DNA from: Gammaproteobacteria bacterium
GTDB taxonomy: Bacteria > Pseudomonadota > Gammaproteobacteria > Eutrophobiales > Eutrophobiaceae
Length of the DNA: 64,000 nt
Direction: 5' to 3'
Assembly (NCBI GenBank): GCA_965221335.1
Contig: CBDCSC010000004.1
Coordinates: forward strand, 400,152-464,151
Shown here: in pieces, positions 56,932-64,000 of the stretch
Numbering within the stretch: the stretch's first letter is position 1
How the letters are laid out: the number at the start of each line of letters is the position of its first letter
The notes under the pieces: generated by a model
The model's database searches: none
What the model was told of the DNA's origin: nothing
What the model saw: only the letters and a program-made list of their open reading frames with translations
Program-made: the position numbers and the translations under genes

Positions 56932-58301
56932 AGATCATCATTCTCGGGGCCGGACAGGTCGGTTCATCCGTAGCCGCCAATCTTTGCAGTGAGGCCAATG
57001 ACATCACCGTCATCGACCGCAACCCGGCGGTCCTGCGCAACCTGCAGGAACGGCTGGACCTGAAGACGGTAAATGGCTCTGCATCCCATCCCTCGATCCT
57101 GGACCAGGCCGGTGCGCGCGACGCGGACATGATTATCGCGGTCACCAACAGCGATGAAACCAACATGGTGGCTTGCCAGGTTGCCTACACCGTGTTTCAT
57201 ACGCCGACCAAAATTGCGCGCGTGCGCAACAACGAATACCTGAGTAGCGAGCGGTTGTTTGCGCTGGAGGCCATGCCGGTTGATGTCCTGATCAGCCCTG
57301 AACAGGTTGTGACAGAATATATCGCCCGCCTGATCGACTTTCCCGGCGCTCTCCAGGTGCTTGATTTCGCCTCCGGCCGTGTGCAGATGGTGGCAGTAAA
57401 AATGACCCATGAAAGCGAGTTCGCCGGCAAAAAGATCAGTGACCTTGCCGGGCACATGCCGAAAATAGAGTTTCGAATCGCTTCGATCTTCCGCGGCGGC
57501 TGGGCAATCATCCCCGACGGTGACACCGAAATCCTTGCCGATGACGAGGTGTTCATCATCGGCGCGCCGAAACATATCAGGAACCTGCTGAAATCGACCA
57601 AGCAGACCGACAAACCGGCAAAGCGCATTATCATTGCCGGTGGCGGCAACATCGGCCGGCGCCTCGCCAAGCTGCTGGAAAACAGGTACCAGGTCAAGGT
57701 CATCGAACTGTCGGCTGAGGTTGCGCAAAAGGCCGCAGGAGAGTTGAACAACGCCATCGTGTTAAATGGAGACGCCGCGGACGAGGAACTCCTGAACGAG
57801 GAAAACATCGACAGCACCGATGTCTTCTGCGCACTGACCAATGCTGACGAAGCCAACATCATTTCCTGCATGCTGGCAAAGCGTCTGGGCGCGCATAAGG
57901 TTATGGCCCTGATTAACCGCGCGGCCTATGTCGACCTGGTACAAAGCGATGTCATCGATATTGCCATCTCGCCACAACAGGCGACCATCGGCAGCCTGCT
58001 CGCGCATATTCGAAAAGGCGATGTGGTCGTGGTGCATTCACTGCGGCGCGGCGCGGCGGAAGCCATCGAGGCCATCGCCCACGGCGACCGGACGACCTCC
58101 AACGTTGTCGGCAGGACCATTGAGGAAATCTCCCTGCCACCGGACACCAGCATCGGCGCGATAGTACGGGACGATACTGTGATCATCGCCCATCACGACA
58201 CGGTCATCGCATCGGAGGACCATGTCATCCTGCTGGTAGGCGACAAAAAACGCGTGCCGGAGGTGGAACGACTGTTCCAGGTCAGGATTACCTTCCTCTG
58301 A
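56928..58301 (+). CDS. trkA: Trk potassium uptake system NAD-binding component
   Basis: GTG start overlapping the ntrX stop (GTGA). Two RCK/NAD-binding repeats (MKIIILGAGQVGSSVA and a second IIIAGGGNIGRRLA). Confidence 0.9.
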   Translation: MKIIILGAGQVGSSVAANLCSEANDITVIDRNPAVLRNLQERLDLKTVNGSASHPSILDQAGARDADMIIAVTNSDETNMVACQVAYTVFHTPTKIARVRNNEYLSSERLFALEAMPVDVLISPEQVVTEYIARLIDFPGALQVLDFASGRVQMVAVKMTHESEFAGKKISDLAGHMPKIEFRIASIFRGGWAIIPDGDTEILADDEVFIIGAPKHIRNLLKSTKQTDKPAKRIIIAGGGNIGRRLAKLLENRYQVKVIELSAEVAQKAAGELNNAIVLNGDAADEELLNEENIDSTDVFCALTNADEANIISCMLAKRLGAHKVMALINRAAYVDLVQSDVIDIAISPQQATIGSLLAHIRKGDVVVVHSLRRGAAEAIEAIAHGDRTTSNVVGRTIEEISLPPDTSIGAIVRDDTVIIAHHDTVIASEDHVILLVGDKKRVPEVERLFQVRITFL

Positions 58302-58312
58302 CCCGCTGCACG

Positions 58313-58552
58313 TTACGGGCGAGCAATCTCCCCTATAACTTCGCCAACAGGGTAGGTTTCTCCTTCCTGTCCGATGCGTTTGAGCATCCCATCAGCGGGC
58401 GCTTCCACATCCACCGCGGTTTTTTCTATCTCCAGTGAATACAGGGGTTCGCCTTCGCTGACCTGGCTGCCATCATCAGCATACCATTCCAGAAGAACAC
58501 CGTTTTGCATGGACACCGCCATCTTGGGAATCCGTAGAGTTATCAATGACAT
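58313..58552 (-). CDS. free-standing lipoyl/biotinyl-attachment domain protein (79 aa)
   Basis: Single hybrid-barrel domain with the modification-site context EGEPLYSLEIEKTAVDVEAPADGML (the lysine in EIEKT). No catalytic E2 domain follows. Confidence 0.7.
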   Translation of the reverse strand: MSLITLRIPKMAVSMQNGVLLEWYADDGSQVSEGEPLYSLEIEKTAVDVEAPADGMLKRIGQEGETYPVGEVIGEIARP

Positions 58553-58572
58553 GAAATTTCTCTCAATAATTG

Positions 58573-60597
58573 TCAGTTTGCCATAAGTTCTGCCGCCGCG
58601 ATTCTTATCTTCTCAGCGTCAGGAAAGTAATGCTGTTCCAGTTCCCGCGCAAACGGCACGGGCGCATACGCCGCGGCAACCCGGGCTACGGGCGCTTTCA
58701 GTTCATTATGCAGGCTGCGGTGTATCAGCGCGGCCAACTCTGCGCCGAAGCCACAGAACTCCACCGCAGAATGGGCAACAACAGCTCTTCCGGTCCTGGA
58801 CACCGACTCCAGGATTGCTCCATGGTCCAATGGGGCCAGGGTACGCAGGTCCAGCACTTCGGCGCTGATTCCATCGTCCATCAATGTGGCAGCAGCGGAA
58901 AGCGCTTCCGGAACCATCCAGCCATAGCACAGGATTGTAAGATCAGAACCTGCACGTTTTACATCTGCCACCCCCAGCGGTATCCGATAATCGCCTGCAG
59001 GCACCGGGCCGGAATTGAAGTACAGCCGCATGCTCTCAAAGAACACACATGGGTCATCGTCATAGATACAACTGAGCAGCAGTCCTTTTGCTTCCGCCGG
59101 GGTAGAGGGATAAACCACCTTCAGTCCGGGAGTATGCGTTAACCAGCCTTCCAGGGACTGGGAGTGCTGGGCGCCAAAGCTGCCGACATTGCCTGCCGTC
59201 ATGGTTCTGATTGTCAGCGGCGCGCCGGTCCGACCGCCGGACATGTAGCGCAGTTTGGCCACATGGTTGGCAAGCTGGTCCATGCACACTGCTAGAAAGT
59301 CGTTGATCATAATCTCGGCGACAGGTCTCATACCTGCCATCGAAGCCCCCAAGGCCGCGCCGACGATGGCCTGTTCCGCAATCGGCGTGGGTCGTACACG
59401 GTCGAGTCCATGTTTTGTCGATAAGCCGGCGGTGGCTTTGACAACACCACCGGCGGGATCATGTATGTCCTCACCCAACAGGAATACACTATCATCCTGG
59501 GCCAGGGCGAAATCAAGAGTATGGTTGACCGTTGCACAGAAGTTCATTTCCTTGCTTTCCCCGCTCGGTTGCTCAGGGGTGTCCGGCGCAGCAGCAGCAT
59601 GGTACGGCACCTGCGCGGCGTCGGCGAACACGTCAATATACAACTCCTCTTGGCCGGGGGGTGAATCAGACAACGCAAAATCTATCGCTTCATCAACCTC
59701 GGCGCGTGCATCCGCTTCCAACGCAGCCAGCGCCTGCTCATCCACCACGCCGGCCTGCAGGAGCCGTTGGCGAAAGTTTGGCAGCGGCGCGTGTTTAAGC
59801 GCTGTCTCCAGCGCTTCCTGGTCCATGTGGGACTCCTCACTGCCGAAAGCATGGCCTTGTAACCGATGGCATATTGCTTCGACCAGGGTTGGTCCCTCAC
59901 CGGCGCGCGCCCGTTGTGCGGCGGCCGTCAGCGCGTGCATCATCGCCACGGGGTCTGTCCCGTCCACCTGCTCTCCGCGCATGGCATAGGCTTGCGCCCG
60001 GCTGGCGATGTCAGGGTTGCGCGTATACTCCGATAACGCCGTATACTCTGCATACTGGTTGTTCTGACAGATGAAAATTACCGGCAGGTTCCACAATGAC
60101 GCCAGGTTAAGCGCCTCGTGAAAAGCGCCGATACTGGAGGCTCCATCACCGAAACAAACCGCGGCGACACGATCCTCGCCGCGCAGGACACCAGCCAGGG
60201 CAAGACCATTGGCGACCGGCAGGCCGGAGCCCACTATGCCCGTTGTCATCATCAATCCCACAGCGGGGTCGGACAGGTGCATGGGGCCGCCTTTACCTTT
60301 GGAAGTACCATTCACGCGCCCGTATAATTCCGCCATAATTTCCCGCATCGGTGTGCCTTTGGCCACGATATCGTGGATACCGCGATATGTCGTCAGCAGA
60401 TAATCCCTTTCTGTCAGCGCGATGGAAATGCCGGCGGCAATAGCCTCCTGCCCACCACAGGGATAATATTGAAACTGTATGTCACCTGCGCTCAGTCCCC
60501 GTTTAATCGCGTCGTCTGCTGCAGCGACGCGAACCATTGTTTTGTACAACGCGACACATACTTTGTCTGCGGGGAGGTCTGTTTGTTTATCTTTCAT
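58573..60597 (-). CDS. fused 2-oxoacid/acetoin dehydrogenase E1 component (alpha+beta in one 674-aa chain), TPP-dependent
   Basis: N-terminal alpha-like half with TPP motif GDGASSIG...NNQYA. C-terminal beta-like half (TLDFALAQDDSVFLLGEDI..., transketolase-C-like end). Confidence 0.8.
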   Translation of the reverse strand: MKDKQTDLPADKVCVALYKTMVRVAAADDAIKRGLSAGDIQFQYYPCGGQEAIAAGISIALTERDYLLTTYRGIHDIVAKGTPMREIMAELYGRVNGTSKGKGGPMHLSDPAVGLMMTTGIVGSGLPVANGLALAGVLRGEDRVAAVCFGDGASSIGAFHEALNLASLWNLPVIFICQNNQYAEYTALSEYTRNPDIASRAQAYAMRGEQVDGTDPVAMMHALTAAAQRARAGEGPTLVEAICHRLQGHAFGSEESHMDQEALETALKHAPLPNFRQRLLQAGVVDEQALAALEADARAEVDEAIDFALSDSPPGQEELYIDVFADAAQVPYHAAAAPDTPEQPSGESKEMNFCATVNHTLDFALAQDDSVFLLGEDIHDPAGGVVKATAGLSTKHGLDRVRPTPIAEQAIVGAALGASMAGMRPVAEIMINDFLAVCMDQLANHVAKLRYMSGGRTGAPLTIRTMTAGNVGSFGAQHSQSLEGWLTHTPGLKVVYPSTPAEAKGLLLSCIYDDDPCVFFESMRLYFNSGPVPAGDYRIPLGVADVKRAGSDLTILCYGWMVPEALSAAATLMDDGISAEVLDLRTLAPLDHGAILESVSRTGRAVVAHSAVEFCGFGAELAALIHRSLHNELKAPVARVAAAYAPVPFARELEQHYFPDAEKIRIAAAELMAN

Positions 60598-60653
60598 GAT
60601 CGTAATATATTTATCTAAGGAACAGTCTGGCTTAATCTCAGCGCTTCTCTAAT

Positions 60654-61412
60654 TTATAGTGCGCGGGAAAATTCGGTTGTTTCAACACGCCGACTCATGG
60701 CTCGCTTTCTGTAGCCGCCTACCACAGATTTAATCAGCTTCACAATTTCCGTCTCCATTTTACGGATACGCGTTGCCAATCCTCCGACTGCGATAATCAG
60801 ATTATTTTCAATGTGTTCATCGTGTAGCGGCATTGCTATCGCGCCGGTGTCGGGCAGCACCCGATTATAGAAATTGGCATAACCCAACTGTCTCACACTG
60901 GCCACCTCGCGGCGCATGCGGGCCTGGTCTTGCTCGTCCACAGCCCGGCCCTCATCCAAACCCTTATAACGCCTGTATAAATCATTGATAGCCGGATTGG
61001 ATAACGTAGACAGGTAGGCAGCGCCGACTGAAGTGCCGAAAATCGGCGCTAAAAATCCCCTGGCAATGATAAGCGATATCGGAAATTTTCCTGGCAGCAC
61101 TTTAACGAATTGCATGTTGCTTCCATTACGCATGGACAGGGTAACGGTTTCACCCGTCGTTTCATGTAACTGCTCCAGCAGGTTGTCGACTTCGCGCTTG
61201 TCTATCAGCGCATGCGACACCCAGTCACTCAGGTAAGCTACCCTGAATGACGGGAAATATTTCAGGGTATCCAAATCAATCGTCAGGTAACCCAATGCAA
61301 CCAGACTCTTCAAAATAGCGTTCGTGCTTGATTTTGGATAATCCAACCGGCGTGAGATATCCATACCTGTTAATGGAACCTTCATGGAGGAAAACAACTC
61401 CAGAATTTCCAT
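60654..61412 (-). CDS. IclR-family transcriptional regulator
   Basis: 252 aa. N-terminal wHTH (MDISRRLDYPKSSTNAILKSLVALGYL) and an IclR effector domain. Immediately upstream of the E1 gene. Confidence 0.75.
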   Translation of the reverse strand: MEILELFSSMKVPLTGMDISRRLDYPKSSTNAILKSLVALGYLTIDLDTLKYFPSFRVAYLSDWVSHALIDKREVDNLLEQLHETTGETVTLSMRNGSNMQFVKVLPGKFPISLIIARGFLAPIFGTSVGAAYLSTLSNPAINDLYRRYKGLDEGRAVDEQDQARMRREVASVRQLGYANFYNRVLPDTGAIAMPLHDEHIENNLIIAVGGLATRIRKMETEIVKLIKSVVGGYRKRAMSRRVETTEFSRAL

Positions 61413-61755
61413 TACCCGTGCCGCCGACTTTACCAGGCCGTCTTCACGCTTTTGCCCTGTTCTGCTTTCTACCGAAATAATGGGGATCTCCTCACGAAAT
61501 AGTGTTCACAAATATGAACCTGCATTGCATATATATGAAAACCAGCATAAGCTGTCGTCTGATTAAAGTCAAGAAGCATTTAAACCAAGCACTTAAACTA
61601 AGGAACTTTTAATTAAGCCGGTAATTGAGCCAGAGTATCTCTGACAAGTCTTGGGTAGTCTTGTTCAGAACTCCGTTAATTTCAGGTTCCTATCGTAGAG
61701 GGATGTTCCGTTAACCTGTCTCTGATGAGGAGGAAACATCCAGGGGTATAAAGCT

Positions 61756-63975
61756 ATGCACAAATCACTAAGAGCAGTTAACTGCCTGCGTACAAGTAAC
61801 ATTATGTTGGTCCTCGGTCTGCTGGTCTTATGGACAGGACAGGCACGAACCCAAAGCGATGTATTGGAAGAAATAGTGGTCACCGCGGAGAGGCGCGCGG
61901 TCAGCATGCAGGACACCGCTATCTCCATCACGGCATTCACGGGAGAACAACTGGCCAGGGCCGGTATTGAAACATCCGAACAACTTACAGGTTTCACACC
62001 TGGTCTTAATATACAACGGGATGTAATTGGCAAAGTGGTTATGCGAGGCATCGGCACCGAGAATTTTACCGTCGCCGGCGACCCGGGCGTTGCGGTATCC
62101 ATTGATGGCGCCTATTTGTCCCGCTCCAATGTAGCCATATTTGACCTCTATGACCTGGACCGCGTTGAAGTCCTGCGAGGGCCGCAAGGCACGCTTTATG
62201 GCCGTAATGCAACCGGCGGGGCGATAAACTTCATCACCGAAAAACCGACTCAAGAGTTGGCCGGATACATCTCTGCGGAGTACGGCAACTACGATAAAAT
62301 CCGGGTGGAAGGCGCGGTCAGCGGCCCTCTGGGTGAGCACGTCAGCGCGCGCCTGTCCGGGTTGACCCACCATCGCGACGGCTTTACCGACAACGTGTTT
62401 CCAGGTATCGGCGCTGGTCTGGACGAACTGGATGACAAGGATCTCTGGGCACTGCGCGGACAACTGGAATTCCGCCCTTCCGAGACACTATCCATCCTGG
62501 TCTCAGTCGATAATTACGAAGATGACAGCATCGCGTCACCCTATAAGTACATCGCGGACCCGCTGATTTATTTCGGCGGGGCGCCTTTCCCGAACCCGCT
62601 TCAGAGCGACTTGTTCACCGTATCACAGGGCTATGAACTGGACACACCCGGATTCCCGGACTGGCGCGCGCCAAGCCCGGGCCAGGCATCACAGACAGGC
62701 GCCAGCGGCACGATCACCTGGGATGTAACACCGGGTCTGACTGTGAAGTCGATCAGCGCCTGGCGGGATATCGGTTTTGAATGGTTGAATGACGGCGACG
62801 GCATTGAGGCTTACCTAGTGAATTACTGGCAGGACGATTCTTCCGAGCTGTTCACCCAGGAAGTTCAGTTGCTTTCGGATACCGGCGGAAGACTGAGTTG
62901 GATCATTGGCGGATATTTTCTGACAGAGGATTCGGACTCCCGCATCGGCATCCCGTTGCCTTTGGGCGCGGGTCTGCCGCTGGCAGTGCTGATCGAAGGC
63001 TCCACAGAAACAGACGCTTATGCGGTATTCGGTGAAGCCAGTTATAACGTTTTCGAGCGGCTGAAAGCAACGGCCGGTTTGCGTTACAGTTACGAAGAAA
63101 AATCCGCGGATTATGTGGACGATCGCACCTCGTTGGGCGCGCCCGCACCCGGCGTGATCGATGATTCCGATAGTTGGAGCGCGTTTACCCCGAAGTTCGG
63201 CCTGGACTACTTCATCAACGATGACATTATGCTCTATGGCTCGGTTACCTGGGGTTTCAAGAGCGGTGGCTTCAATATGCTTGCAATACAACCGAGTTAT
63301 AATGAGGAAGAGGTGATCAGTTACGAAGTCGGTTTCAAGAGCCGTTTCAACCAGGACCGCACCCAATTGAACGCGTCCGCATTCTACTATGATTATGAGG
63401 ATCTGCAGGTAGGCAAGGTGGTGGAACTCAACGCCACTATCGAGAACGCCGCGCAGGCAACCATCTATGGCGCCGAGATAGAGCTGGATACCTTGCTCAC
63501 GGAACAATTCAGAGTATCTGCCGGCGTATCCATCCTGGAAACCGAATACGACAGTTTTATCACAGAGGATAAAGACTTGTTCGGCGCTCCTTCAGTGAGC
63601 CTGAAGGGTAATGAATTGCCGCGCGCGCCGAATTTTACCAGTTCCGTCAGCGCCCAATACATCCTGCCGTTGGGCGCAATGGGTGAACTGGAGGCCTGGT
63701 TCAACTGGCAGCATACGGGCAGCCAGTATTTCACGCCTTTCAACAGGGCTGGCTTCAAGCAGGATTCCTATGACCTGATTAACGCCAGGATCAGTTACAA
63801 GGCGACCGAAAACTGGGAGATATCGGTCTATGGCCAAAACCTGAGTGACGAGGAGTATTTTACCAATGCCCTCGAATCCGGTGTGCCGACGCCGGGAGTG
63901 GATCGTGTGGTCCCGCAATTCTTTGTCGGCGCGCCGAGAACCTACGGAGTCAGGATCAGGTATCTGTTTAACTGA
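61756..63975 (+). CDS. TonB-dependent receptor
   Basis: 739 aa. Plug motif LEEIVVTAERRAVSMQDTAISI and RGPQGTLYG. C-terminal …RYLFN ends 25 nt before the window end. Confidence 0.85.
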   Translation: MHKSLRAVNCLRTSNIMLVLGLLVLWTGQARTQSDVLEEIVVTAERRAVSMQDTAISITAFTGEQLARAGIETSEQLTGFTPGLNIQRDVIGKVVMRGIGTENFTVAGDPGVAVSIDGAYLSRSNVAIFDLYDLDRVEVLRGPQGTLYGRNATGGAINFITEKPTQELAGYISAEYGNYDKIRVEGAVSGPLGEHVSARLSGLTHHRDGFTDNVFPGIGAGLDELDDKDLWALRGQLEFRPSETLSILVSVDNYEDDSIASPYKYIADPLIYFGGAPFPNPLQSDLFTVSQGYELDTPGFPDWRAPSPGQASQTGASGTITWDVTPGLTVKSISAWRDIGFEWLNDGDGIEAYLVNYWQDDSSELFTQEVQLLSDTGGRLSWIIGGYFLTEDSDSRIGIPLPLGAGLPLAVLIEGSTETDAYAVFGEASYNVFERLKATAGLRYSYEEKSADYVDDRTSLGAPAPGVIDDSDSWSAFTPKFGLDYFINDDIMLYGSVTWGFKSGGFNMLAIQPSYNEEEVISYEVGFKSRFNQDRTQLNASAFYYDYEDLQVGKVVELNATIENAAQATIYGAEIELDTLLTEQFRVSAGVSILETEYDSFITEDKDLFGAPSVSLKGNELPRAPNFTSSVSAQYILPLGAMGELEAWFNWQHTGSQYFTPFNRAGFKQDSYDLINARISYKATENWEISVYGQNLSDEEYFTNALESGVPTPGVDRVVPQFFVGAPRTYGVRIRYLFN

Positions 63976-64000
63976 TACCTGATACGGACCTTGCGCGCAT

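Noticed and set aside
1-64000. Prophage, integron or IS content; tRNA or rRNA genes
   Set aside because: No integrase, transposase, recombinase, capsid or terminase-like translation appears in any frame. I could not find a tRNA-like sequence (no GGTTCGAATCC-type T-arm) or rRNA by eye. A dedicated tRNA scan would be needed to be certain.

Overview
This 64-kb window looks like chromosomal DNA from a marine gammaproteobacterium, roughly 55-60% GC and unusually rich in TonB-dependent receptors (family and taxon calls throughout come from reading the six-frame translations, not from a search). It mixes a conserved housekeeping backbone with accessory catabolic modules and carries no phage, integrase or transposase genes. 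The backbone genes are cysC, purE, tsaC, topA, dprA, def-fmt-rsmB, DUF4390-ntrY-ntrX-trkA and an orphan hppD. The accessory content is six TonB-dependent receptors (one partial at the window start), each next to catabolic enzymes or a regulator (AraC x2, IclR x2, MarR, and a 915-aa LuxR/MalT-type ATPase regulator). Two type II toxin-antitoxin pairs are present: ParD/ParE in an AT-rich islet, and HigB/HigA. The main unexplained structure is non-coding. A nested family of palindromic repeats built on GGAARCTCTGA/TCAGAGYTTCC arms occurs in at least 8 intergenic copies. A second hairpin family has 3 copies. A single ~270-bp element with perfect 35-bp terminal inverted repeats sits at 31426-31694. 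The block 40.6-52.8 kb (IclR, MFS, Rieske oxygenase, class-III aminotransferase, acyl-CoA synthetase, enoyl-CoA hydratase, receptor, CrtI-like oxidoreductase, HigBA) interrupts the usually contiguous def-fmt-rsmB...ntrYX/trkA neighbourhood. It is bounded by repeat copies and looks like an inserted catabolic island. Other points worth follow-up are a fused E1 alpha-beta dehydrogenase with only a free-standing lipoyl carrier, a DUF917/hydantoinase-like pair under an AT-rich LAL regulator, an NtrX with degenerate AAA+ motifs, and a frameshifted small gene beside ParDE. I found no CRISPR array and could not identify a tRNA or rRNA by eye.
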